Positions 19,689 through 29,629 of a stretch of DNA of 64,000 nt are shown here, piece after piece. Position numbers and translations under genes: made by a program. Source of the DNA: an uncultured bacterium (GTDB lineage Bacteria > Babelota > Babeliae > Babelales > Babelaceae); contig OY970209.1 in assembly GCA_963713855.1 (NCBI GenBank), forward strand, positions 608,001 through 672,000, given 5' to 3'. A model generated the notes under the pieces. The model made no database searches and was not told where the DNA came from. It was given only the letters and a program-made list of their open reading frames with translations. Position 1 is the first letter of the stretch, and each line of letters starts with the position of its first letter.

Positions 19689-19931
19689 TAAACTACCATT
19701 TTACCAGTTTGGCATACGAGATTGAGGAAGCGTTTGAAATAGGAGACAGCGGTTTGCAAAGAGAAAGAACTTGTACTAACTTGCCATGTATGGAAATCAG
19801 TGTGATTGAGCTCACTTTTGCTACTAAAAAAGAATTCTTTTTGGCAGTGACGACTTGAGATGGGTACCAGCTCTCATTGTCGTGAGCGTGTGCTGATGAT
19901 GTAATTAAGAGGAGTATTAAGGAGCACCTGT

Positions 19932-22900
19932 ATGACTGTTTTATATAAAGTTTTCTCGTTTATTTTTATGCTGTTTTTTTGTGTTGCAAACGGCCAGCAA
20001 TCAAGTAAAAGCTATCCATTGCCAGGAGTTTCTAAATGGCCCAACGATGTAGCATTTTCGCCTTCGGGCGGATATCTTGCAACTGCCAATATGGGGTCAA
20101 GTGATGTAACCGTGTACAATGTCGGACCCTCGGGAGTTTTAAGCGGCGCTACATCATACGGCTTACCCCTTGGTCCAGCAATTACTAATGCTGTTGCCTT
20201 TTCACCGGAAAGTTCTCTTCTTGTTTCTGCTAATGGAAGCTCGAGTAGTGTGGCGCTCTTTGTCGTAGAAGAAAGCGGAGCATTGTCGCCGGGTACTTCG
20301 TTTCCTCTGCCTGCTGGCTCTGCTTATCCTAATTTTGTAGCGTTTTCGTCTTCCGGTGATTATGTTGCGACTGCAAACATGTCTAACGATGTTACGATAT
20401 TTAAGGTTGAAGCGGCAAGCTTGGTGGGAGCTACTTCATATCCATTGCCAACGGGTTCTGGTGATCCTCTTAACATCGCGTTTTCACCAAACGGTTTATT
20501 TCTTGCTACGGCGAACGCCCCGAATCATGTTACGGTATTTGCTGTAGGTAATGATGGTGTTTTAAGTCCTGGCACAACATACGCTTTACCACCAGATACT
20601 TCGCCTATGTCGCTGGCGTTTTCGCCGGACGGGTCCTATTTAGCAACCGTCAATCAACTGTCAAATGGCCCCCTGTTTGCTGGCAATGTGACCATATTTA
20701 CCGTGCAATCCGATGGTGTCTTATCAGAACCCACAACGTATCCCTTGCCCGCAGGCTCTCAATTGCCGCAGTCGATAGCATTCTCGCCTAATGGCCTATA
20801 TCTTGGGGTCGTTACTAATATACGTTCAGCTGTAATAATGTTTACCGTTGGGATGGGCGGAGTATTAAACGCAGGGACATCCTATAAACTGCCTGAAGGT
20901 GCCTCTGGCTCTTATTGGCTTAACTTTTCGCCTTCCGGCGCGTATGTAGCTGTAGCTAATGGGACAAATAATATCACCATGTTTTCTGTAACTTCAGAGG
21001 GAGTTCTTAGTGGGGGTGCCAACTTCAACTTGCCATCTGGAGCGACGTTGCCTGAATCCTTTGCTTTTTCTCCAAACGGGTTATATCTTGCTACTGCTAA
21101 TTATGGCTCAAGTAATATTACTGTCTTTAATGTAGGAGCTCATGGAACATTAGCAGCCGTGGGAACTTATGAAGTACTATCAAACGATGTACCACCTAAC
21201 ACATTAGCGTTTTCTCCAAATAACCTATATCTTGCCACAGCCAATGGCATTTCGAGCAGCGTGACTATGTTTAATTTTGCAAATGATGGAAAGTTGAGTA
21301 ACGGTAAGACTTTTGCGTTACCTGGAGGTTTGGGTCTACCCTCCTCAGTTGCGTTTTCGCCAAATAGCTTATATCTCGCTACTACAAGTTCCACTTCTAG
21401 TCCCGCTGCTAACGCTGTCACGGTGTTTCAGGTTGGAGCGGGTGGGACGTTAAGTAACGATGTAACATATAGTGGCAATTTCTTTTACCCCTCGTGGGTG
21501 GCGTTTTCGCCTAATGGCATGTATCTGGCTACCGCAAATTCCATTTCAAATGATGTGACGCTCTTTAAAGTTGCGGCAAACGGAAAACTTAGCGATGCCG
21601 GATCGTACCCCCTTCCTTTGAACTCTATGAGCCCTTATTTGGTAGCATTCTCACCCGATAGTGAGTATCTTGCAACTCCCAACTATTCAAACGATGTGAC
21701 TATTTTTCAGGTTCTCAAAAACGGAACCCTGTCTTCCGGTAAGTCATACGCGCTGCCCGCGGGTTCCACAAGTCCTTTCGGGGCTGCATTCTCTCCGGAT
21801 GGGCTCTATCTTGCTACGTCAAACTTCGGTTCTAGCAGCGTTGCTGTATTTAAAGTGCAAAATGGCGGAGCGCTTACTGAGGGAATTTCTTATGCAATCT
21901 CAAATACTCCGGCCACAGAAGTGGCTGCTGTTGCTTTTTCGCCCAACGGTTTATATCTTGCGACTGCAAACACAGGCCCTTCAACCGTTACACTGTTTAG
22001 TTTTGCTGAAGGGGTGCTTTCTGGTAATAATTCTTACGTCTTGCCGCAGTTATTCACTGGTTCACGAAATCCAGACTCGATCGCTTTCTCGCCTAATCGT
22101 TTATATCTCGTAACTGCAAACTATAACTCAAGTGACGTTACGCTCTTTAACGTTGGCTTACCAAGCAGTGGTTATGCTTTGCAAAATAAAACCTCCTATC
22201 CCTTGCCCTACAACACGGCATTAGGAGCATCACTACCTGCCTCAGTAGCCGTTTCACCGAATAGTTTTCAGGTCGTAACTGCTAATCAACAGACTGATGA
22301 TATAACAGTATTTGAATCAGTGGCTGGTCAATTAATTAACGCGGTCACTTATCCATTGCCTGATAATGCAAAAAACCCGAGCTTTGTACAATTTTCGCCG
22401 GATAATCTTTACCTTGCTGTAGCAAATAGCGGATCAAACAATATTGCAGTTTTCAATGTTACTCAGAATGGAGCTTTAGAGAACACGGCTACTTATCAAT
22501 TACCAGCTGGAGCATTAGATCCTCAAGCACTTGCTTTTACGCTAGACGGTGCCTATCTAGCAACAGCAAATAAGGGCTCGAATGATGTTACCCTCTTTAA
22601 TGTAACAGAAGGTACTTTAAGCAATCCGGTAACAACGCCCTTACCATCAGGCTCTAAAGGACCTGCATCAATCATATTTGTTCCGCTTGGTAGCAATACT
22701 AGTTTATTACTTGTAACTGCTAATAGCGGTTCAAATGACGTAACTGTTTATCTTTTTCAAGACGGTATTCTTAGTAATCCGCGATCTTATCCATTACCAG
22801 CTAACGCTCTTGGTCCTCAATCGATCGCAGTTTCTCCTGATGGAACCCAACTTGCTACGTCAAATAATGCCTCGAATACTATCGCGATATTTACTGTTCT

Positions 22901-23273
22901 GCAGGGAATGCTTAGTCAAGGTACGGTTTATACACTACCTGCTAATTCAACAGGCTGTGTAGCGTTGGCATTTTATCCTTCTGTTTATAATGATAGCGTG
23001 ATTGCGACTGCAAATAGTAACTCGAATGACGTTTCCGTGTTAGTTTTGGAAAGCCCTCAGTCAGGGGATGGGAGCAGCTTGCCTCTTGGTCTTATTATTG
23101 GAACAACTGTGGGGATTCCCCTTGGGCTGAGCTTACTAGTAGCAACCGTTGGAGTTGGTAGTTGGCTTATTTATAAATACCGATATCGATACAAGGGCAT
23201 GGGTCAGGTCAACTTCTTAGGAAATGAAAACTTAAGCGATCCGCTTATCGAAAATGGCGTGGACGTTTTATAA
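19932..23273 (+). CDS. Large multi-beta-propeller surface protein with C-terminal TM anchor, paralog of 6231-9524
   Basis: AAGGAG RBS, signal peptide, about 21 AFSPxGxYLATAN units; shares KTSYPLPYN, QSGDGSS, a TM segment with GIP, then YKY and VNF with the paralog. Confidence 0.87.
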   Translation: MTVLYKVFSFIFMLFFCVANGQQSSKSYPLPGVSKWPNDVAFSPSGGYLATANMGSSDVTVYNVGPSGVLSGATSYGLPLGPAITNAVAFSPESSLLVSANGSSSSVALFVVEESGALSPGTSFPLPAGSAYPNFVAFSSSGDYVATANMSNDVTIFKVEAASLVGATSYPLPTGSGDPLNIAFSPNGLFLATANAPNHVTVFAVGNDGVLSPGTTYALPPDTSPMSLAFSPDGSYLATVNQLSNGPLFAGNVTIFTVQSDGVLSEPTTYPLPAGSQLPQSIAFSPNGLYLGVVTNIRSAVIMFTVGMGGVLNAGTSYKLPEGASGSYWLNFSPSGAYVAVANGTNNITMFSVTSEGVLSGGANFNLPSGATLPESFAFSPNGLYLATANYGSSNITVFNVGAHGTLAAVGTYEVLSNDVPPNTLAFSPNNLYLATANGISSSVTMFNFANDGKLSNGKTFALPGGLGLPSSVAFSPNSLYLATTSSTSSPAANAVTVFQVGAGGTLSNDVTYSGNFFYPSWVAFSPNGMYLATANSISNDVTLFKVAANGKLSDAGSYPLPLNSMSPYLVAFSPDSEYLATPNYSNDVTIFQVLKNGTLSSGKSYALPAGSTSPFGAAFSPDGLYLATSNFGSSSVAVFKVQNGGALTEGISYAISNTPATEVAAVAFSPNGLYLATANTGPSTVTLFSFAEGVLSGNNSYVLPQLFTGSRNPDSIAFSPNRLYLVTANYNSSDVTLFNVGLPSSGYALQNKTSYPLPYNTALGASLPASVAVSPNSFQVVTANQQTDDITVFESVAGQLINAVTYPLPDNAKNPSFVQFSPDNLYLAVANSGSNNIAVFNVTQNGALENTATYQLPAGALDPQALAFTLDGAYLATANKGSNDVTLFNVTEGTLSNPVTTPLPSGSKGPASIIFVPLGSNTSLLLVTANSGSNDVTVYLFQDGILSNPRSYPLPANALGPQSIAVSPDGTQLATSNNASNTIAIFTVLQGMLSQGTVYTLPANSTGCVALAFYPSVYNDSVIATANSNSNDVSVLVLESPQSGDGSSLPLGLIIGTTVGIPLGLSLLVATVGVGSWLIYKYRYRYKGMGQVNFLGNENLSDPLIENGVDVL

Positions 23274-23360
23274 TGTTTTCAAAACTCATCGAAAAGTAAG
23301 CTTCGAAAATCTTTCCCTTCGTATAGCCGGATGAGTTGTTGAAATAAGCCGACAAACTAG

Positions 23361-23486
23361 AAAGAGTACAAATTGGGAATCCAGGAAAAATATTCTTTAG
23401 ACGCTATGCTCAGCCAGATAACTGAAGAGAATAAGCGTGGTTTAGAATGGAACGATGGCAATAGGAGAGGCGCTGAAGAATGGTAA
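23361..23486 (+). pseudogene. MazE/PemI antitoxin C-terminal remnant
   Basis: Reads KYSLDAMLSQITEENKRGLEWNDGNRRGAEEW*, a typical MazE C-terminus. An in-frame stop lies upstream and there is no AbrB N-terminus. Confidence 0.7.
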
Positions 23487-23814
23487 AGTATATACCAGAT
23501 CGCGGTGATATAGTATGGCTTGAATTTGGGCCTCAAAAGGGTAGAGAAATACAAAAAACGGATCTGCTTTGATTGTTTCACCAAAGAATTACAACTCAAA
23601 AGTTGGTCTAGCGTTGTGCATGCCTATTAGGAGCAAAATCAAAGGCTATCCTTTTAAGGTAGTTATAAATGAAGGGTCTGTTAGAGGAGCGATATTAAGT
23701 GATCAAATACGTTCATTGAACTGGTTATCAAGAAAAGCAGTTTTTATTGTCCAATGTGATAATGACTTACTTCATGTGGCTCTAGTAAAGCTCAAGCTTT
23801 TAATTGATCAATAA
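23480..23814 (+). pseudogene. mazF: MazF/PemK endoribonuclease toxin, frameshifted near 23560
   Basis: MVKYIPDRGDIVWLEFGPQKGREIQK in one frame continues as SALIVSPKNYN..GL...PI.SKIKGYPF...SDQIRSLNW in the -1 frame. Confidence 0.85.
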
Positions 23815-24266
23815 GATAGATGGACGCGTGAGATTGCGTAACTTGAAATAGTTAGTTTTAGTGAATGTTCATACGTAGAAAATTGCAGTCCATAATGCTT
23901 ATCGCTATATGGGCAAGCACAGTCATAGCAAGGAAAATCCGTGGCACGTGAACTATAAAAACAGTAATTTATCGTAGTGGAAATAGTGAGCGGTGGTTTT
24001 ACCCGTTACGTGGTAAGCTCCGATCGCTTTTTTTAGCCTGGATGGAACCCATTTGCTGTTGATGTACTTTGTCAGTTCTAGCGCTTCGCGGACCTTCAGA
24101 ATAAACACCTAATAATCCGCACGCGGGTCAAATTGTAGAAAATCTACCCAACAAATTCAAAAAAAGATATTCTTGTAGATATTTTCCCCTGATTGCGTAA
24201 AGCAAGAGCAATGAGAATAAAAATGCTTAGCTAAGTTGGGTTGTATGTTGAAGAGAGGGATGCTTA

Positions 24267-25607
24267 ATGGTTGAGTGTATAGTAATTGACCAATCTCCTG
24301 CATTACGTGGGTCGGTGGATGTTGCAGGTGCCAAGAACGCTGTGCTTGTTATTATGGCATCGCTCATCTTGACCTCAGGAAAATCTCGTCTTTTTAATGT
24401 ACCCTGGTCCGCAGATGTGGAGCACATGGCTTTGCTGCTTCGGACTTTGGGAGCGGACGTCGAATTTAACCGTGTTAACCAATCGTTAGAGATTGATACT
24501 GCGCACCTTAATCGCTACACAATCAATCCAGAAAGCATGCGCAAGATGCGTGCTTCTATTCTTCTCATGGGACCCCTTCTTGCTCGTTTTGGCTTAGCAG
24601 AAGTGGCCATACCCGGAGGCTGTGTTATAGGTCAACGTCCAATAGATTTTCACCTTAAAAGTTTTGTGCGCATGGGAGTTGAACTAGAACTGCAGGGCGA
24701 ATTTATCAAAGCGACTGCAAGTCAATTAAAAGCCACACGCATCGTGCTTGAATACCCAAGCGTTGGTTGTACCGAAAATGTTCTTATGGCAGCGGCTTTA
24801 ACACCCGGATTGACGACCGTAGTTAACGCAGCCTTAGAGCCCGAAGTGCTTGACCTCATTGCAGCGCTTCAGAAAATGGGAGCATCGATAGAGATAAAAG
24901 CTCCTGCAACAATTGAAGTCGAAGGCATGGATGAGCTACGACCAATCGAGCATACCATTATGCCTGATCGGTTAGAGGCTGGGTCGCTTCTTGTAGCAGC
25001 TGCTATGACGGGCGGGACCGTTACGGTACGACATGTTTCCGCTTTAACTCTTGAGGTATTTTTAGAAAAATTATCTGAAATGGGGCATACCATTTCAATG
25101 GGGCCTGCGGGCAAGGATATTACACTCAAAGCAACAGATTCGCCTAAAGCGGTGTCTTTCAGAACCATGCCCTATCCGGGCTTTCCCACTGATCTTCAAG
25201 CGCCAATGCTTGCGGCACAGTGTGTTGCTGAAGGTGTAAGTTACATTCAAGAAACAGTGTATGAAAATCGCCTACTCCATACGCGTGAGCTTCAAAAAAT
25301 GGGGGCGCATATTACGTTGGATGGCCAAACGGCTACAATCAAAGGGGTTGAAATGCTTTACGGCAGTCGCGTTATAGCTACAGATATACGAGCATCTGCA
25401 GCTTTGATTGTTGCTGGCCTTAGAGCCGAGGGTCAGACTATTATGACGGGTATCCACCACTTAAAGCGCGGCTACCAAGACATTGAACGCAAGCTTTCAT
25501 ACTTGGGAGCTCGACTTGGGTACGCTTCATATGAAAATGTTCTCCATGACGCAAAGCCCGTTTTTTCAACTGAAAATAGGCCACAAACCGCTGATGCTAG
25601 TCTATAA
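24267..25607 (+). CDS. murA: UDP-N-acetylglucosamine 1-carboxyvinyltransferase
   Basis: GAKNA, MRASIL, PGGCVIGQRPIDFH, PYPGFPTDLQ, TDIRAS. Confidence 0.97.
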   Translation: MVECIVIDQSPALRGSVDVAGAKNAVLVIMASLILTSGKSRLFNVPWSADVEHMALLLRTLGADVEFNRVNQSLEIDTAHLNRYTINPESMRKMRASILLMGPLLARFGLAEVAIPGGCVIGQRPIDFHLKSFVRMGVELELQGEFIKATASQLKATRIVLEYPSVGCTENVLMAAALTPGLTTVVNAALEPEVLDLIAALQKMGASIEIKAPATIEVEGMDELRPIEHTIMPDRLEAGSLLVAAAMTGGTVTVRHVSALTLEVFLEKLSEMGHTISMGPAGKDITLKATDSPKAVSFRTMPYPGFPTDLQAPMLAAQCVAEGVSYIQETVYENRLLHTRELQKMGAHITLDGQTATIKGVEMLYGSRVIATDIRASAALIVAGLRAEGQTIMTGIHHLKRGYQDIERKLSYLGARLGYASYENVLHDAKPVFSTENRPQTADASL

Positions 25608-26439
25608 AGCTTCCAATAAGGTCAGTAAGTTCGCGAGTGATCGTTGCTTGTCGTAATTTGTTATAGCTCAACTTCAGATTAGCAATGATCTCTTCAGCGT
25701 TTCTGGTCGCGCTATCCATAGAAAGAAAACGCGCGGACGACTCGGCTAAAAGAGAATCCATAAGCAATGATTCGATACGTGCCTTGATAGCAAGAACTCC
25801 GAGAGTGTTTAGAGTATCTTGATATGATTGTTCTTGTACCAATGATACTGCTTGACGAGGCAGTGAGACGCTTGAGGCTTGAAAAATATCTTTAGTGAAT
25901 GTTATGCGCTCATACGTTTGCGTAAAGAAGGTTTTAGGGCGACTTGTGTAAAGAGTAACCGAATCGTAAAGGGGTGATACAATATATTTAGCAAGCTCAT
26001 CAGTTATGTTCGTAATCTCGTGCGACCCAAAGACATCGAAGGAAAAAACGGGCACGATGCTCTGATAGAGCAATGCCTCTTTCATTTGCTTTCCTATAAC
26101 CAAAATATCGTAATCGATACTTTTTGATGGCTTATGCCCTTTAAAATAGGCCACCAGATTAACGTTAAAATTGCCGCACAGCCCTTTTTGGGACCCGACG
26201 ATGACGACCAGCTCTTTTCGGGGATGATTTACTTCCTCTGTTTGGTGGCTATGGGCAGTGCTTTTAGCAAGGAGGGTGTGTAAAAGCCTTTCAACAGTAT
26301 CGGTATAGAGCACGAGCGAAGATTTTTCTTGCTGCAAGCGATTATGGGATGCCATTGCAATAAGGCGCATCGCATTTGTTGTTTTTTGAGTAGTCTCAGT
26401 CGCTAACAGCCGCTGGCGCAACTGAGTGAGTAAAGACAT
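25597..26439 (-). CDS. atpG: ATP synthase F1 gamma subunit
   Basis: TQKTTNAMRLIA, KGLCGNFN, ESSARFLSMDSATRNA, YNKLRQATITREL. Confidence 0.93.
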   Translation of the reverse strand: MSLLTQLRQRLLATETTQKTTNAMRLIAMASHNRLQQEKSSLVLYTDTVERLLHTLLAKSTAHSHQTEEVNHPRKELVVIVGSQKGLCGNFNVNLVAYFKGHKPSKSIDYDILVIGKQMKEALLYQSIVPVFSFDVFGSHEITNITDELAKYIVSPLYDSVTLYTSRPKTFFTQTYERITFTKDIFQASSVSLPRQAVSLVQEQSYQDTLNTLGVLAIKARIESLLMDSLLAESSARFLSMDSATRNAEEIIANLKLSYNKLRQATITRELTDLIGSFID

Positions 26440-26539
26440 GCTTAAACCCTCATAATTATTTACTAAATAGAGTACGCTATTATTAATGTACGATGTCTAG
26501 AACTTCTTTGCAAATCAAAAAAAGGGTAGCGCGCTTTGT

Positions 26540-27121
26540 ATGGTTATAGTCATAGATGCTTATAATGTGCTTAAGGCGGATTTTGGCAATGCCTTTATTC
26601 AACCGCACGTGACTGAGCGCTTTATCGATGACCTGTGGGCATATAGTAAACGTAAGCACCACACACTGCTTGTTGTTTTTGACGGTGGTCCTGATGTGCG
26701 CGCCTCAAGAAGAGTAAAAGATTACCTTCAAGTCATCTATGCGGGTAGATCGCGATCTGCTGATGATGCCATTAAAGAGCTTCTTGAAATACTAAACCCT
26801 GCTGATACTTTGCTTGTAACTTCAGATAGGATGTTGCGTACGTACGCTTGGCGGTATAGTATTAATTCTATTGAGCCATCTCTTTTTAGGCGCTATAGTA
26901 AGTCTTCCAATGTAGTTGAAAAGCCGCGCGTTATTAAAGATAAAAAAGCTCCGGTAAAAAGAACGAATCATGAAAGTAGTGTCGAACTAGATGAACTGAT
27001 GCAAAAGGCCGCACAGGTAACATTTATAAAGGAAGAGGATGTAGCTTTGCCCGAAACTGAAGCGTTAGAAAAGACATCAAAAAAAGAACGAAAACTCTCT
27101 TACCTGATAAGCAAGTTATGA
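26540..27121 (+). CDS. NYN-domain (YacP/Rae1-like) ribonuclease
   Basis: IDAYNV, VVFDG, SADDAI, VTSDR motifs. Confidence 0.85.
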   Translation: MVIVIDAYNVLKADFGNAFIQPHVTERFIDDLWAYSKRKHHTLLVVFDGGPDVRASRRVKDYLQVIYAGRSRSADDAIKELLEILNPADTLLVTSDRMLRTYAWRYSINSIEPSLFRRYSKSSNVVEKPRVIKDKKAPVKRTNHESSVELDELMQKAAQVTFIKEEDVALPETEALEKTSKKERKLSYLISKL

Positions 27122-27549
27122 AAGTACATGAACTAATCTACACGCTTGATACCATAGACGACGTTGCCGAGGACCTTCATGAGCTTCTACCGGACGTTTC
27201 CGTTTTAACATTTAGCGGCAGCCTAGGCGCTGGTAAGACAACCCTTATTCAGGCGCTTTTAAAGCGTTGCGGTATTTTTGACGTAATACAAAGTCCCACA
27301 TTTACCTACTTGTCTCCATACACGAACTCAAGCGGCCAAACCTTTTATCATTTTGACCTCTACCGCATTAAATCATTACAGCATTTTCGTGAAGCCGGCT
27401 TTGAAGAGTATCTTTACGAGCTTAATAGCTGGTCTCTTATCGAGTGGCCCGCAGTCATAAAGCCATTACTAACTTGTAAAGTTGCTGATTTTGTAATCGA
27501 TTATTACGGCCAAGATAGAAGAAAACTAACCTATTCAATTAAAAAATAA
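27118..27549 (+). CDS. tsaE: tRNA threonylcarbamoyladenosine biosynthesis ATPase
   Basis: GSLGAGKTT, SPTF, HFDLYR, IEW. Confidence 0.95.
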   Translation: MKVHELIYTLDTIDDVAEDLHELLPDVSVLTFSGSLGAGKTTLIQALLKRCGIFDVIQSPTFTYLSPYTNSSGQTFYHFDLYRIKSLQHFREAGFEEYLYELNSWSLIEWPAVIKPLLTCKVADFVIDYYGQDRRKLTYSIKK

Positions 27550-27624
27550 ACTTTTAAATCGATTTTCTTTTTTTCGTACTATTGACTTGCTGCATGGTTT
27601 AACTGTGCTTTATAGGCATTTTGT

Positions 27625-28667
27625 ATGCAAAGGCAAATCTATGATGCGCTATTTGTCACTGTTATGGCTGTTCGTTTTTCGAATCTCATATATGGTGAAG
27701 GCTTTGGGCCTTACACGATGATACCTGTTTTTAACGGATTTACGCCTATTTATTTGCTTAATAAAGGTGATACAGTTCGTTGTCATCACTATGACACAAT
27801 AAGGATAGCTAATGTTCGCATTCACTCTGTAACTGAGTCTGTAATAATAAAGTTTAGTAACGAGGAGCAAGTGTGGGTTGCAGCAGACCAACGCATCTAT
27901 GTACCTGTTAGATACAAACATCGTTTTGTTTATGAACTTTATCCTTGTTATGACGATGATAGCTGGCGGACTTATTTTTTTGGCTTGAGTTCTGCACGGT
28001 TACTTCGATCGAGTTTCTATTTCATAAGCCACTTCCTTTTTACAGTTTAGAAATTGCGGGGTTAGACCAAAAATTCTGTTTGATAGATCAAGTGGAGGTG
28101 CATAACTTTCCCTGGACTGCAGGCGTAGAGATTACATTTAGCCATGACGGCTTATTTGATTTTGCAAGTTATGCATTTGCTAATTTCAACGTATATGGAG
28201 TTGTGATTTTTGCTGGGGTTGCTGTTGGAGCTGCTGCAAAATATGCCTATGATAAAACCAAACAGAAATGGGAAAATACGGGTTTTAGAGTTAAAGTAGA
28301 TGCAGCAGACAAAAAGCCCGAGGAGGATTGTGATCCGGCATTTCCTCATACATGCTCATACATGGATGCACCGTACCACCATCATCAGAGTCGGGGAAGT
28401 GCTGAAGGCGGCAAAAGTAGAGCGCCTAAGAATGGTCTAGCTGCTTTGCGCAATTCAATCCCAATTGGTGGAAGTAGTTATGCTCGTATTGGTGTTAGTG
28501 AAGGCGAAATAGTTAAACTTCCCTACAGTAATAACTGTATTTTTCATGGATTTGTAGAGTGGGATGATTTGGATAAATCTGCCCGAAGTATGCTTGAGAA
28601 AGCTGGCCTAGTGAACAAAAAAGGCAGGATTTTATATCATGTTACCAAAATTAGAATTTATTTATAA
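27625..28667 (+). CDS. Polymorphic toxin: Hint domain, hydrophobic linker and C-terminal toxin; split by a frameshift near the T7 tract at 27975-27981
   Basis: Hint N-block GEGFGPYTMI...PIYLLNKGD.V. The -1 frame from 27963 gives FYSLEIAGLDQKFCLIDQVEVHN. The C-terminal domain YMDAPYH...KSRAPKNGLAALRNS...FHG..W..L...LEKAGLV resembles CdiA/Rhs/MafB-type tips. Confidence 0.7.
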
Positions 28668-29250
28668 TAAGGAAAAAGGTGCGATACAACTTTACGCGTC
28701 TAGCAAAAGTTTTTCAAGAATACTTTTGTTTTTAGATGTACTGAATGTCATCGAAGATAAGTATCTTTTTTTAGATAAATTGCTAAACAATCAGTCGAGC
28801 GAGCTTTCTCCGTCAATTAGCAACATTGGATATATAGAGAATGAATATTCTTATACTGAAATTTTGCCACACGGTATTGAATCTGAAGATTTCTTAAAAT
28901 TTGTTTTTTGCTCTACGCCAAGTTATCCGCAACCCAACCTCACTACATGGATTTATAAACAAGCTAATCGCTATTACTTAGAGATAACTCCTAATTATCC
29001 CTACGAATATAGAGATCCTAAGCCAGATGAGAGGTACATATCGTTTGAAGACTTTATGAAGGATTATAAGCCCTTCTATAAAGAAACTATAACAAGACAG
29101 GATCTTCAAGAGTTAAGAAATTTATTTGCCAAAGCGACTATAGAAACCTATAAAAACATGTATTACGACGCAATGCATGCTTTAAGTGAAACTGAAGCCT
29201 GTAGGCACATGGATGTGGATGATCAAGATAAAAGGCAGAAACTTATGTAA
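28639..29250 (+). CDS. Putative immunity protein
   Basis: Overlaps the toxin 3' end; acidic and aromatic-rich with no signal peptide. Function inferred from position only. Confidence 0.5.
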   Translation: MLPKLEFIYNKEKGAIQLYASSKSFSRILLFLDVLNVIEDKYLFLDKLLNNQSSELSPSISNIGYIENEYSYTEILPHGIESEDFLKFVFCSTPSYPQPNLTTWIYKQANRYYLEITPNYPYEYRDPKPDERYISFEDFMKDYKPFYKETITRQDLQELRNLFAKATIETYKNMYYDAMHALSETEACRHMDVDDQDKRQKLM

Positions 29251-29276
29251 GCGGTTATTGATTAGAAGCATCCCGA

Positions 29277-29501
29277 TCATTTTTTTTGTCCTGCTTTGTA
29301 TTCAGCCATCGCACATCTGAGCGAAGTGCCGAATTGTCGAACACAATATTCGTCACCGCTACCACAATAGCCGGCATCGCTACAACAACGGCCAGGATCG
29401 CAATCACGATTGCATTTGCATCTGCCTGAAGGATCTTCTTTAGAAAAACTTGCCGAGGGTAGGGCAAGGATAAAAATCGCTAGTATTAATGACGTTTTCA
29501 C
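29277..29501 (-). CDS. Secreted hevein-like (chitin-binding type 1) Cys-rich peptide, 74 aa
   Basis: GTG start at 29501 with GAGGT RBS; signal peptide; CKCNRDCDPGRCCSDAGYCGSGDEYC. Confidence 0.8.
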   Translation of the reverse strand: MKTSLILAIFILALPSASFSKEDPSGRCKCNRDCDPGRCCSDAGYCGSGDEYCVRQFGTSLRCAMAEYKAGQKK

Positions 29502-29629
29502 AGAGTACCTCAATTCTATTTTTGCTAAGACTTCATCTTGAAAAAGTGCCGACTTGTCAACCAAAATGTTAATCCGCAATAGCGCGATTACTGCAACAGT
29601 CGGGACGTGAGCTGATTATGAGTGCTTTT

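Noticed and set aside
19932..23273. Diversity-generating retroelement or DNA-level tandem array behind the propeller repeats
   Set aside because: The repeats are diverged at nucleotide level, no template/variable repeat pair was evident, and there is no reverse transcriptase in the window.
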